DNA of 64,000 nucleotides from a virus: the IMG/VR virus record IMGVR_UViG_3300044635_000318, positions 7,901 through 71,900 of that record. The stretch is one strand, 5' to 3'. Shown here piece by piece: positions 40,101 to 49,791 of the stretch. The notes under the pieces were generated by a model. It searched no databases and was not told the DNA's origin. It saw nothing but the letters and a program-made list of their open reading frames with translations. The position numbers were made by a program, and so were the translations under genes. Position 1 is the stretch's first letter; the number at the start of each line of letters is the position of its first letter.

Positions 40101-41804
40101 TTTACAAACAGAGTAGATGCTAATCTTGTATCTAGGAACTTGACTAATAGTATGATCATGTTCTCTGATATGGCACATAGATTTAGAGCTAATTCTAATA
40201 TCTATGGAGCTGTGACATTAGTACATTTAGCTATACAGAATAGAAAAGTTAAAGAGATTCAACCTAATCTGTATGGGAAAACTAAGAACTTCATAGCTAA
40301 TAAAATTGCTAAAACGTTAGGTTATCAAATAGATGACTACATTGAAGGAGGTCTCCATGCTAAACAGTTAGAGTCTTTTATAGACAATGTTTATTATGGG
40401 GAGACTCATGAAAGAGCTAGAAGAAAGGTTCTGAATACAATTGCAACTAGAAAAGGGGTATCTATATTAACTAGTTTCACATCTTTAGCTCAGTTAGGAT
40501 TAAACGGATTGCAGGCTACAAATCAGTTACTAGTAGACTGGACAGTAGGAGCACAAGAATCATGGGCTGGAGAATACTATAGTAGATTAGACTGGTTATG
40601 GGCTTCAGGAATTATTTCAGCAGAAGGAGGAACAGTTCTTAGGAAAACAAGAACTACAGTTGAAAGTATTATTGGGAAAAGGTTTACCCCAAACCAAAAA
40701 CTATCTAAGTTTTTAGACTGGAGTGAAACCAGCAGAATATTTCAACCTGACAGGGTGGGAAGTGGGAGTATGGTAAAAAAAATAGCAGAGCGAGGATTAG
40801 GGAATTTACACGTACTGCAAGAAATCCCTGATGTCTATATGACTTCAAAAAAAGCTCTCGCCTTACAGCGTAGTTACAAAGGACAACTGTTAGATAAAAA
40901 CGGGAGTGTAATTCTCAATAATAATAATGAACCTGCAGACTTGTATGATCTACTCAATGTAGATAAAACAGGGAATTTAGTATTAGACCCTAGAGTAGCT
41001 AACTTTAACAAGACTGAGTATGTATCTAGGATGCAAGCTATGCTTACTAAAACTACTCAGTTAAAGGGAGCATTTAACAGACCTTCTCTTGAAAGGAAAA
41101 CCTTTGGGCCATTGGTAACATTGTTTAGAACATGGATGGTTCCTAACTATAGAAAAAGATTTGGGTATGGGGGAGGAATAAGAATTGATGTAGAATCTGG
41201 GGAATTACAAGAAGGGTACTACTCTACACTATACAATGTTCTTCGGTCAGCTTTAGGGGGAAACTATGGGTTATTAAAACTTAATCAGTTAACTGAGTTA
41301 GAGAAAAGAAACTTAAAAAGATTCTTGCATGGGTTTATTACAATTCAAATTTCAGGGATAGCAGCTACACTGTTTGGGTTAATGCTCAAAAACTTAGATG
41401 ATGACGATGATGAGCAGTATTGGATAGCGTTTGCTACATATCAAGCTATGAGATTAAACACTGAATACAAAGCTTATAGCAGCTATGAAGAAGCAATTAG
41501 AGTTGTTCAATCCCCAACAGCTACTACAAGACCTTTAGAAAATATCTTTAACTTAGTAGACATTCTAATTCAGTACGGAGTAGATAATGAGTTAGATAAT
41601 AAGACATTATACTATCAAAGAAAGACAGGACAATACGAGAAAGGGGATGCTAAAGTTTACAAGTATCTTAAAAACATTTCTCCTGGTATTGGGGGTCTAA
41701 CTAAAACTGAAAACCCCAAAGATGCTATCAAATACTACGACATGTTCATGTCAACAGATGACTCGAATATTGGGGAGTTGATTTATGAAAACGCTTCAAA
41801 TTAA
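37101..41804 (+). CDS. giant virion protein with N-terminal PD-(D/E)XK nuclease domain
   Basis: RGTIID...GTPDIV...IIDLKT...QLVSY Cas4/RecB-like motifs; long helical remainder. Confidence 0.75.
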   Translation: MSCKYTVNGKEDALVNDFMQYLEDNGKEGTADGLYEILIEADVLSPDGVMTNTGAAYPLNIDVDMAKEVIDTLNEVYIEYFTNTSFPGIGIAELKVINEPEFQGATIQIVDQIVKTSVLIDRFTNSAKTGIPTSTSNEGQNKLREAITKLRADRGWRLTEDETRYVRTVNGIEEYGERVTTVIKGNKNAPKLSGVAKKHANRGTIIDDMLRASISMKSLEDRYPTFEEFMDIYNNHQYKNETSVFDPRFIRNLHQVITTQILPKFKEFTLMADIPALSGIIRGELVVGTPDIVGYTPDGEFIIIDLKTATYDRREKYNGADNYDVQLTDALQLVSYQELIRQITGISPKLAILPLQVDYNSETDTYYSAILNPAKSGSILLENTKLDQARNKLRLTPKYAPKVKTAREIKKDKIFSHKEAASAAHVRITTALKTQLEYLNKRIDSDPKAKSKIKQILSQLRRVDEGNDAIEDYMSFLEYIVDLANEAEKTLESIKYDFSDNIDSISRQDKFKLLNKIIELKLNLDNFYNNKADNKVLELIRTRVRDLEGDKNEILELLDEVEVTFSRVNSDYLNTALPILAKTLLSYAPIKVNQDLDNMIKQIKDSIAEGKPRVIGLDRDDNRVPALFSISGLKNIRSKANQIKLSEINIQQLEERKIGYEQILHSLRETHKDASAASLFFDPVIYSNDTVLQLIAQMIKDQYVGSAEQTRSLIYDMQAPFEEYRAYMKSLGVSEDTTAKFHEPLMEEITLNVENENGEIVPTKVLSFVSEIDRDKWYRTKDEFIKAARKKYGYPENGDKAAKNEFFKSEKGRLYWEEIDLKFWKIHGEKTEDADQILSDMDTEIANLRKDLTKAYNTQDNAAVAEIWDQLNYLNRERNKIYRNGVFIGRLVKPKMSMYANPKYTSMPAEVKKYYDVLLEIHKNAQKITGKTGMQKDSWMDYSLIVPSIESGAVDDAMKYGFVDATKKLISRGTQAQVTDTEFLRLVDANNELYKYIPLYFTNRVDANLVSRNLTNSMIMFSDMAHRFRANSNIYGAVTLVHLAIQNRKVKEIQPNLYGKTKNFIANKIAKTLGYQIDDYIEGGLHAKQLESFIDNVYYGETHERARRKVLNTIATRKGVSILTSFTSLAQLGLNGLQATNQLLVDWTVGAQESWAGEYYSRLDWLWASGIISAEGGTVLRKTRTTVESIIGKRFTPNQKLSKFLDWSETSRIFQPDRVGSGSMVKKIAERGLGNLHVLQEIPDVYMTSKKALALQRSYKGQLLDKNGSVILNNNNEPADLYDLLNVDKTGNLVLDPRVANFNKTEYVSRMQAMLTKTTQLKGAFNRPSLERKTFGPLVTLFRTWMVPNYRKRFGYGGGIRIDVESGELQEGYYSTLYNVLRSALGGNYGLLKLNQLTELEKRNLKRFLHGFITIQISGIAATLFGLMLKNLDDDDDEQYWIAFATYQAMRLNTEYKAYSSYEEAIRVVQSPTATTRPLENIFNLVDILIQYGVDNELDNKTLYYQRKTGQYEKGDAKVYKYLKNISPGIGGLTKTENPKDAIKYYDMFMSTDDSNIGELIYENASN

Positions 41805-41816
41805 AGACCAGCTAGT

Positions 41817-41852
41817 AAAAAAAAGGCTACCTTGCGGTAGCCTTTTCTTTTT
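41817..41852. terminator. bidirectional intrinsic terminator at the convergence of the two gene blocks
   Basis: aaaaaaaa-ggctac-cttgcg-gtagcc-ttttctttt. Confidence 0.9.
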
Positions 41853-42520
41853 CACCCAATCCAGTCAATCTTAGTTTCAAGAATATCATTGGTCTTGAGA
41901 AAATGTCCACACCCAAAGAATCCTGCATTAAGTCTATAAGCTTCTGCAGCAGGATGGCTTGCTTTGAGTATAGTGTGTTTCTCTTGGTCAACTAACCAAC
42001 CGTAAGATTGAGCTGGTTTACCCCATAGCATAAATACTGCTTTTGGGGATCGTACATTAATCAACTCGATAGTGGGTTTAACTAGAAAATCCCACATTCC
42101 TAAATAACTACCTGGGGAAGATTGACGAACTGTCAAGCTTGTGTTCAATAAGAATACTCCTTGATCTACCCAATGAGCTAGAGTAAAGTCAAAATCATCC
42201 ATAGAAACATTGTGATTAAACTGATCACAAACTTCTTTATAGATATTACGTAATGAAGGAGGGACAATCTGATTTGTAGCAAATGCTAATCCTATTGCCG
42301 TCCCATTATGATACGGATCTTGTCCTAAAATAACTACTTTAACATCTTCAGGTCTTGTCTTATAAACATTACAGATATCAGTAGGAGCAGGGTACACTTT
42401 GTACCCCGCCCCTATATCTTTCTGTTGCTGCTTTAAGATCAATTCAAATTCAGGAGTTTCTAAGTATTCGTGTAGTTCTTCCCACAAGTTTTCTTTCAGA
42501 ATCTCTTTGAATCTACTCAT
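41852..42520 (-). CDS. ung: uracil-DNA glycosylase (family 1)
   Basis: GQDPYH, GLAF, PPSLRNI, GVFLLN, SHP motifs. Confidence 0.95.
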   Translation of the reverse strand: MSRFKEILKENLWEELHEYLETPEFELILKQQQKDIGAGYKVYPAPTDICNVYKTRPEDVKVVILGQDPYHNGTAIGLAFATNQIVPPSLRNIYKEVCDQFNHNVSMDDFDFTLAHWVDQGVFLLNTSLTVRQSSPGSYLGMWDFLVKPTIELINVRSPKAVFMLWGKPAQSYGWLVDQEKHTILKASHPAAEAYRLNAGFFGCGHFLKTNDILETKIDWIG

Positions 42521-43281
42521 CGTAACTTTTTAATTGTTCGGTAATAATCTTCGTTGTAACGTTCAAACTCCATATCTGGGATACTATGTAACTCAACATC
42601 CCCAAGCTCTATCCCAAGACGCTCTTCGAGTTCTTGTTTTAGAGTAGGATCTTTGTACAGTATTTTCCCAGTATGTCCAGTAGAACTAAAGTTGTGAAAA
42701 TCAAGTATACATAGTTTGCACAGTCCATCTATTTCAGAATATTCCCCAGCTCTAATGTGATTATAAGCTGACTGAAAATGAGACGGGACATTAAAAATAT
42801 ACAGACTATGATATGGGTCAGGGTCAGTACGCTCAATGAATTCTTTGTGATTTGTGAGTAATGTTTCATACTTCCCAAACTCTACAGAACCCTCGAACTT
42901 GTACAACAACGCAATGCTTACATCATGTTTAGGGGTTGACATAAATGCATTAACCAAAGAACCCCAGAACATATCATTCTTACTAGGAAACCCTAGTAAT
43001 GGGGTGATAAACAATGTGGATATTGTAGGAATCGCACACTTTAAATCATAGCAATAAACTCTTCCTTCCACCAATCCTTTGAGTATGATATTTACTTTGT
43101 GAATGTCTTTCCCAAACTTGAGAACACTCCCGATTTCAATACTCACATCAGTTTCCAGACGTTGTAACTTTATAATCTCCTTAGAATTCTCCCCAGGGGT
43201 TTCAATAAATTTAGGGTCTAGGAGCCTCACTGTTCTGCAATCTACTCTATAAAGTTTGAGTTTATCTGCTGTTACAATCAT
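42517..43281 (-). CDS. conserved crAss-like hypothetical protein
   Basis: 254 aa; coupled to neighbours by ATGA overlaps. Confidence 0.65.
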   Translation of the reverse strand: MIVTADKLKLYRVDCRTVRLLDPKFIETPGENSKEIIKLQRLETDVSIEIGSVLKFGKDIHKVNIILKGLVEGRVYCYDLKCAIPTISTLFITPLLGFPSKNDMFWGSLVNAFMSTPKHDVSIALLYKFEGSVEFGKYETLLTNHKEFIERTDPDPYHSLYIFNVPSHFQSAYNHIRAGEYSEIDGLCKLCILDFHNFSSTGHTGKILYKDPTLKQELEERLGIELGDVELHSIPDMEFERYNEDYYRTIKKLR

Positions 43282-44015
43282 GAAGTTTCTACTACACAGA
43301 TATCTTGTGGGATATCTTCTATTTTTAACCCAATTAGCTCTAGGTCATATTTACTTCTAAGTAGTTTAACCAATGAGTAATTCTTATAGAACTCTGTAAC
43401 CCCTTGATGAGGGTCATCATAGTACTCCATATACTTACTCAAAGCAAACGAACCTAGGTTTTTAGACCTACTTTTCATCCAGTTCTCAGCGGTTTTCACC
43501 CCTACTCCTGGGATACCTTTGATGTTATCAGTTGCATCCCCCATCACAGTTTGTACCCATAGAAATTTATCAGCTTCTTCAACTGTCGTAGTTACAAATA
43601 CTGCCTTCTGATAATTGTAATGCGTCCCAGAGCATTGCTGAAGTACATCTTTATCAGGAGAACAGATTACTGTAGGTCTAGACAGGTTAGAGCTCAAGAT
43701 GCTGACAACATCATCAGCCTCTAACATAGGGACATTGTAAAAGTTTAAAGTAGTTTTAGCAAAATCCTTTAAGTCATAGAATATCTCACTACGACTAGAT
43801 GCTTTCCTCTTCGCTTTATACTCAGGGTAGATATCATATCTAAAGCACTTACCTTCAGTAAGATACCCTAAATATGAATCAGTTCCACAAGCTTCTAGAA
43901 TAGAAGAAAGACGCTGAGAGAGACCTTCAATGGCCTCTCCCAACGTTTCTTTCCCCATTTCGTAATAAAGTAAAGAGTCTGCGTCTATTAGACAAACTAC
44001 TTTATCTTGATCCAT
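43278..44015 (-). CDS. 5'-3' exonuclease / flap nuclease (T7 gp6 / T4 RNase H-like)
   Basis: LIDADS, YKAKR, EADD, SPDKD, GDATDNIKGIPGVG. Confidence 0.9.
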   Translation of the reverse strand: MDQDKVVCLIDADSLLYYEMGKETLGEAIEGLSQRLSSILEACGTDSYLGYLTEGKCFRYDIYPEYKAKRKASSRSEIFYDLKDFAKTTLNFYNVPMLEADDVVSILSSNLSRPTVICSPDKDVLQQCSGTHYNYQKAVFVTTTVEEADKFLWVQTVMGDATDNIKGIPGVGVKTAENWMKSRSKNLGSFALSKYMEYYDDPHQGVTEFYKNYSLVKLLRSKYDLELIGLKIEDIPQDICVVETS

Positions 44016-45195
44016 ATAGTTTCTTAGGATCTAACTTATCCTGAAAGTCACTCTTTAACTGTTCAGTAGAAGCTTTAGTTGCGTTTTCCTGTCTGATATC
44101 TTCACGCATTCTTTCCCACTGCTTATCAGTGAGCTTAGCATAATCAGATGAATGATACATACTCCCGTTTACCCCAACCAAGCTAGAGTGAACGAAGTAT
44201 TGCAGACATCTGATAGCCCCATCAGAGAAATCAGGGATAGCCCCAATATGCATAGGATCTACAAAAACATTATGGATCTCTCCTCCATAGTTATTGATGT
44301 AGTACAATCCCCCGATGTGCAATCCAGGAACGCATATATCATTGTCATTACAATTTACTTGCTCCCAAGATTTGAGTCTATGCTCTTTCCCTACACGAAT
44401 AAAGTGCCCAAGAGTATCCCCACAGTAGAATTCATCTCCGTTCTGTCCTTGAACAGCAGGTTCAAAGAGACGCTCTTCCACAAACTCAGGGAATCCTTCA
44501 GACTCAATTTCCCCAGTATTCACATTGAATGTACGAGAATAACGAGGGACTTTTTCCCCAGTCTCTGCATCATACTTGTGAAGAATCTCTCTAGACACTT
44601 TGTACCCGTTCAGCAAACCCTCATTGGTGATTTTAATCTGATAGATTGTACTCAATCGAGTAGCAACTTCATCACTAAAACCCTTCTCTAAGAATTTAAG
44701 CTTCATCTTAGGGTGTACATACTTCATATTAACGAAGTCTGCAAACCTTTTAGCAAAATCCTCTCCCTTAGTAGCAAGGTTGGGGTTACGCAAGAATCGA
44801 GTCCAAAGCTTAACGATTGGGAGAAAGCTAACACTCTTATCAATCGAATCCATAATCCGATCAACCAAAGATTGAGGGATTGCAATATCAGAGATTCGAT
44901 CAAACTCTTTTGTATTACCTCTAACAGTCAGATAATACTTTTTAGTAATCACATCTTGAACAATGAATGGGCATTCAGTATTGATGTAATCAGCAACTGC
45001 CCCAACTTCAACCTCTTCAAGATACTCATACAATGCTTCTTCTACTTTCATGTACCCTTCGATACTTGTAGCAGCATCAGCAGTATTAGCATAGTCACAA
45101 ATCTCAGTGTATACTTCAGGAGTATACTTAACAACTTTTACGATCTCTCTCATAGAGACGTAAATAAAACCTTGATCAGCATTTACTGTAATCAT
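44002..45195 (-). CDS. rIIB: rIIB-like protein
   Basis: F.RNP, ITNEG...GYK.V, C.PGLH motifs; directly downstream of rIIA. Confidence 0.7.
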   Translation of the reverse strand: MITVNADQGFIYVSMREIVKVVKYTPEVYTEICDYANTADAATSIEGYMKVEEALYEYLEEVEVGAVADYINTECPFIVQDVITKKYYLTVRGNTKEFDRISDIAIPQSLVDRIMDSIDKSVSFLPIVKLWTRFLRNPNLATKGEDFAKRFADFVNMKYVHPKMKLKFLEKGFSDEVATRLSTIYQIKITNEGLLNGYKVSREILHKYDAETGEKVPRYSRTFNVNTGEIESEGFPEFVEERLFEPAVQGQNGDEFYCGDTLGHFIRVGKEHRLKSWEQVNCNDNDICVPGLHIGGLYYINNYGGEIHNVFVDPMHIGAIPDFSDGAIRCLQYFVHSSLVGVNGSMYHSSDYAKLTDKQWERMREDIRQENATKASTEQLKSDFQDKLDPKKLYGSR

Positions 45196-45198
45196 CGA

Positions 45199-47850
45199 TT
45201 AAAATTTTGAAAGTGTTTCAGATTTAGGAACTTCAATCAGATGCTTACCGTGGGTAGCAATGATATGATTCCAGATAGGATCCCATTGTTGGATAGTGTC
45301 AGAGCCAAGATTCTTATGCGCTTCCACAAAGTATTTTGTAACTCCTTCCCCCAACTCTTTGAAGTGATCGATAACATCGAATAAATCATCTCTAATGATT
45401 TCGATATTCCCCAAAGATACGACAAATAACTCATAAGATGTTTGTGCAATTAGTTCATTATCATTGGTTTTAAGTATTTCATGATACCGTTCTAAGTTTT
45501 TCAAGTAAGAGACTAAAGCTTTAGCATTTTCACGTTCTTCATCTGCAATATCCCCAAGCCATGTTGAGGTATAATAAAAACTCCCATTGGTTTGAGTGTA
45601 TCTCAATAGCTTTTCATACAGATTATGAGCTTCAGGAAAATAATTCTTAAATGAATGCATCCAGTTGTAATCACCCCCAGTTAAGTTAACTTCTCTTTGT
45701 ATTTTCTCAGCTGTTAACCAATCTTTGATAATTTCTGTAGGGACTAATTGAGAGTTGTCTTTTAGTTCAAAGAAGAATTCATCTACGTGTTTCCAATTAG
45801 GGTTACTCTCTGCATACTTCATATTAGCTTTTGAAAACCCTATGATTTGAATTTTATCCCCAGAATTAGTATGCCCAACTCTAGAATTATTTTTCAAATA
45901 CTCACTTGGTTCTTCATGAAATAATACTCGTTTCCCATTGTAATCGTCGTAATGAGGAATCATAGTTGAAGTAAACTCCCCAATGTACATAGCTTGTTTG
46001 TAGCAGATATTAGCTGCAACTTTAAGCTTATACCCATCCTCATCTAAATTCCCATAGTAAGTAGTTACTTTAGAATCAAGTATCTTAGAGATTTTGATTA
46101 TAATCTTATCCCATATAACTTGACTTCTAAGTCTTGAATACCTAATCGTATGCCCAACTACTTCCCCATTTGCTTTACGTAATGCAGCTAAATCGTTGTC
46201 TTCAACTTCAGTATTATCAGCAGTATCAACTACAGTTTTGTAAGTAGCTGGGAGATTAACTTCAGAATACTTTTGAAGCTCAGTATTCAGGAACATGTCG
46301 ATATCTGTACTCTCAATTAATTGTGAAGGAGTAATCAGATAAAAACTAGTGTGGGTATCAGTTAAGAATCTATCAATGTAATAGTTAGCTGTACCTTCCC
46401 CTACATACAGTTTATCAAAATCTACATCTGCCCAAGAACTTACTTCAATTCTATCAAACTCAGCTTTTTTACTCTTCCCAGGCTTACGTGTAATCTTTCT
46501 AAGAGTAAGATATGGGAACATAAGCTGAGGAGATTCAAACTTCCTCCCATTAAACTTAGGTTTGATTTTACTTGGGTTAACCATCTTAGCAATCTCATAG
46601 ATTGCATCCTTGTTCTTAATCTCAGTACTATTATTCTTAGGTTTAAATAGAACAGCAGTACACAATCTTAACCACTTGGAGAAATCTTCTTCTGACAGAG
46701 CTTCTTCGACAATATCTGAACAATCTTGAGAAGCTTTCTCAATCATATTCAACAGATACTTCTTAGTATTCTCATTCCAAATTACTTTCTCTCTAGATGG
46801 GGTAACATCTACACCGTCTTGAATCAAGACTTCTACCCCATCCTCTAGATAAGATTGCCTAATCGGGCATTTGATTCCGACATTACCTCTAAGCTCTTCT
46901 AGCTCAAGTTCTTTGAAGTCAATAGCTCCGTAGTTAATCCCTGTAGTATCCCCAGGATGCTTTACAATAACAATGTGAGGACGAGCAAAATAGCTCCCTA
47001 CCCCAACAATGATGTTATCTGTGTTGTACAACGATGGGGATGAACAAGGATACCATCCATTATTGTAATAGAACTCAACGTTATCAAAGTAAGTTAACTG
47101 AGACTGAACAGCTTCTTTGAATGCGTTACGGTTATGCTTCTTGACTTTAAATGTAATCTTAGTGTAATTGTAGTTATCATCTGAAGTAGAAACATCATTG
47201 TAATAGACAACATCCCCATTACTTAATTCTATCTCCCCATCAGCTGTAAACTTAGAGACTACAAAATCAGTCTTGTAAGGGTAACAGTTCATAATAACTT
47301 TCTTGTAGTTATGAACAGTCTCAATCGTATAATAAGGTACCCCAGTAGACAATGCTACTTTTGACCCCAATCCGAAAGCCCCGAAATTCTCAGATGTATT
47401 ACGCTTCGTAGAGAAACCTAGCTGAGAAATTCCTTCAAGTCTCTTACCCCCAATCCCTACTCCGTAATCAATGATTTCAACTGTATCACAGAACCCAACC
47501 CCATCATCGTCTTCAAAGTAATTGATACGAATATTGTTCTTGTACCTGTTTAAACAGTTTAAATCATAGTAACTAGGATCAAAGTTTGAATCATTATACT
47601 CTTCCCCATCTCTGGAGATATAGTAATCTTCAACCTTATTAACCCCAGTCAAGATGTTAATAGCAATCTCCTTCTCACGTTGAGAATCACAAGCGTTTGT
47701 GACCAATTCTCTAATCGTAGAAGGGATGGGGGTAGAGTACTGAGTTGATTGCAGTACATCAAAGATTAATCGTTTTGCCCCAACGTTAATCTCTTTTTCC
47801 AATCCTTTTGTGTTGGATTGAACGTTACTCCCAATGGTCTTGATACTCAT
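45199..47850 (-). CDS. rIIA: rIIA-like protein with GHKL ATPase domain
   Basis: IRELVTNACDS, DYGVGI, STKR, GAFGLGSK, VTPSRE. Confidence 0.8.
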   Translation of the reverse strand: MSIKTIGSNVQSNTKGLEKEINVGAKRLIFDVLQSTQYSTPIPSTIRELVTNACDSQREKEIAINILTGVNKVEDYYISRDGEEYNDSNFDPSYYDLNCLNRYKNNIRINYFEDDDGVGFCDTVEIIDYGVGIGGKRLEGISQLGFSTKRNTSENFGAFGLGSKVALSTGVPYYTIETVHNYKKVIMNCYPYKTDFVVSKFTADGEIELSNGDVVYYNDVSTSDDNYNYTKITFKVKKHNRNAFKEAVQSQLTYFDNVEFYYNNGWYPCSSPSLYNTDNIIVGVGSYFARPHIVIVKHPGDTTGINYGAIDFKELELEELRGNVGIKCPIRQSYLEDGVEVLIQDGVDVTPSREKVIWNENTKKYLLNMIEKASQDCSDIVEEALSEEDFSKWLRLCTAVLFKPKNNSTEIKNKDAIYEIAKMVNPSKIKPKFNGRKFESPQLMFPYLTLRKITRKPGKSKKAEFDRIEVSSWADVDFDKLYVGEGTANYYIDRFLTDTHTSFYLITPSQLIESTDIDMFLNTELQKYSEVNLPATYKTVVDTADNTEVEDNDLAALRKANGEVVGHTIRYSRLRSQVIWDKIIIKISKILDSKVTTYYGNLDEDGYKLKVAANICYKQAMYIGEFTSTMIPHYDDYNGKRVLFHEEPSEYLKNNSRVGHTNSGDKIQIIGFSKANMKYAESNPNWKHVDEFFFELKDNSQLVPTEIIKDWLTAEKIQREVNLTGGDYNWMHSFKNYFPEAHNLYEKLLRYTQTNGSFYYTSTWLGDIADEERENAKALVSYLKNLERYHEILKTNDNELIAQTSYELFVVSLGNIEIIRDDLFDVIDHFKELGEGVTKYFVEAHKNLGSDTIQQWDPIWNHIIATHGKHLIEVPKSETLSKF

Positions 47851-48103
47851 TCACGTATTCTTTTGAAATTTCCTTATACAATTCAAGGCCCTCAGCATCT
47901 AAATGATACTTAGGATCTAGTTTAATAACTCTATCCATGTACCTACCTCCGTAGATGTAATTTTTTCCAGTATAAGAATTAAACCCTTTATACTGAAAAG
48001 TAGTTCCTGTATCTGCAATAGCTATCCCATAAGTTATCCAACTTGAATAACTCACCGCAACTAAATCCCCAGGATTTATAGTCTGATCTTTAAAATATCT
48101 CAT
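47825..48103 (-). CDS. hypothetical protein
   Basis: 92 aa ORF; overlaps the rIIA start. Confidence 0.6.
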   Translation of the reverse strand: MRYFKDQTINPGDLVAVSYSSWITYGIAIADTGTTFQYKGFNSYTGKNYIYGGRYMDRVIKLDPKYHLDAEGLELYKEISKEYVNEYQDHWE

Positions 48104-48109
48104 TTGATT

Positions 48110-48141
48110 AAAAATAAAATAGCCCCTATTTAGGGGCTATT
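48110..48141 (-). terminator. intrinsic terminator, minus strand
   Basis: minus strand aatagcccc-taaata-ggggctatt followed by ttattttt. Confidence 0.75.
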
Positions 48142-48617
48142 AAGTTTTGTATTTCAGCTATCGTTGCTAGCACTTGATTCTGATTTCGAGGGACAAATAG
48201 TAGAGGTAGAGGTTCCCCATTCTTCATTAGATGTTCCATAAACATCTTCCACTTCATAGGGAATCTCTCATTAGCATATCCCTTACACTCTATAATCCAT
48301 CTCCCTTTTGGGTCAACGAAATCAGGAGTATAAGTAATATCTCTAACTTTCTGCTCAGTTCTATTTATGTACCCTGTCTTCCCATTATCCTCAAATCTAG
48401 CTTCAGGGTAATGAAACCCTTCTAGTAGTAAAAACTTCTTTGTTTCGTACTCAGCTGTAATATTAGCAGCTTTGAGTTTACTATAACAAAACGCTTCTAA
48501 CGTACTTCTAAAGTTAATCCCATCTACTTGTTTTGGGCGTGCATTTCTCACTCGTGATTTTGAGGTACGAGGGTTCTGTAAGTTTCCGGATCCAGTTCTT
48601 TTATTTCTTGAAGCCAT
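48126..48617 (-). CDS. PD-(D/E)XK endonuclease, T7 endonuclease I / DUF1064-like (putative resolvase)
   Basis: DGINFRSTLE, YTPDF, IIECKG. Confidence 0.8.
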   Translation of the reverse strand: MASRNKRTGSGNLQNPRTSKSRVRNARPKQVDGINFRSTLEAFCYSKLKAANITAEYETKKFLLLEGFHYPEARFEDNGKTGYINRTEQKVRDITYTPDFVDPKGRWIIECKGYANERFPMKWKMFMEHLMKNGEPLPLLFVPRNQNQVLATIAEIQNLIAPK

Positions 48618-48739
48618 TCTTTTTCTAGTTCGTTTGCTCTCTGTTTACTCCCTACATCCAATGGTGTTTTCATCCCAAGATTAGAGTATAATGAGGCACA
48701 CTTCCTAAGAATCGCGTCAATTTTTTCTTTGTTAGACAT
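48548..48739 (-). CDS. hypothetical protein
   Basis: 63 aa ORF overlapping both neighbours. Confidence 0.55.
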   Translation of the reverse strand: MSNKEKIDAILRKCASLYSNLGMKTPLDVGSKQRANELEKEWLQEIKELDPETYRTLVPQNHE

Positions 48740-49715
48740 TTTTCAGTAATTCTTTGATTAGTTGTTCCCCCACTTCGAATCCATGAGTATCAACTAAATC
48801 TGAAATGTCTTTGCATTCATATGCATCTGGGATAACTAAGTTAGCTAAAGAATATTTATCACACATTCTTTTAGCTGCTGTCTGCCCAGGGTTTATTTCA
48901 GAGTTGAAATCATTATCATAGAGAACTACAATATTACGAAATCTGTCCTTTAATTTAGAAACTAAATCTTCACTCATAACTCGCTCAGACTGAGGGGCTA
49001 CAGCATTATAACCCATAGTTGTTAACACTAGAACATCTTTCAATGAGCTAGTTATAATCAACATTTCCCCTTTATCTGGGAGCTGAGAGTATCCTTGAAT
49101 CACATCACCCCCAATATTTGAGAACCACTTTGATTCTACTTCATAAGGTTGATAGATTTTATACCCAGTTTCAGAAAACTTAAATGCATACCCGAAATCA
49201 ACTTTAAATCTAGCATTGTTAACCCAGAAATAAGATATTGGGATAACGTTATACTTGATTAATAGTTTCTTAGATACTTGATACCTAACTCCCCAATAGT
49301 AATAATCATTATTACCCCACTCTCTAGATTTAATTTGAATCTTAGAGTGTTTTTTGGGGTATAGTTTACTGATTTCAGTATGACTTGTTACTACAGGTGC
49401 TGAACTAGTTAGTTTTAAGTTAAAATCACTAGCTATAAGTCTTAGAGCTTCAATAAACGAAATGTTGAATTTTTGCATTACATACCCAAAACAGTTAAAC
49501 GTATGTCCATCATACCCAAAGTCTTTGTAGAGTAAGTTATTCCCTATCAAAGCAATACTGACAGATGGACGAGAATCTTTACGTAAATCACTGCAAAATT
49601 TAATTCCCAAACCCTTGAAGTTAGAACAATAGAATTTAAAGATATCTTCTTCAGATACCTCACTAAGTATTACATCTGAGTGTAAATACGCATCACTACT
49701 TCTAGCACTTATCAT
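48732..49715 (-). CDS. DNA primase (crAss-like, Toprim)
   Basis: LRKDSRPS..YKDFG, KIYQP, ITSSLKDV, YDND, KDISD; probable start ATG 49715 (MISARSS). Confidence 0.85.
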   Translation of the reverse strand: MISARSSDAYLHSDVILSEVSEEDIFKFYCSNFKGLGIKFCSDLRKDSRPSVSIALIGNNLLYKDFGYDGHTFNCFGYVMQKFNISFIEALRLIASDFNLKLTSSAPVVTSHTEISKLYPKKHSKIQIKSREWGNNDYYYWGVRYQVSKKLLIKYNVIPISYFWVNNARFKVDFGYAFKFSETGYKIYQPYEVESKWFSNIGGDVIQGYSQLPDKGEMLIITSSLKDVLVLTTMGYNAVAPQSERVMSEDLVSKLKDRFRNIVVLYDNDFNSEINPGQTAAKRMCDKYSLANLVIPDAYECKDISDLVDTHGFEVGEQLIKELLKNV

Positions 49716-49727
49716 TAGGGTTAATAG

Positions 49728-49782
49728 GACAACAAAGGGGGCCAAAGATAACGAATTACCCTTGACCCCCAAGTATGTTGTC
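49728..49782. promoter_or_regulatory. intergenic imperfect stem-loop between SSB and primase genes
   Basis: gacaaca/tgttgtc and ggggg/ccccc arms. Confidence 0.45.
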
Positions 49783-49791
49783 AATTAAAGT

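Noticed and set aside
49716-49784. Hydrophobic N-terminal extension of the primase
   Set aside because: It starts at TTG and runs through an intergenic hairpin; ATG 49715 fits better.
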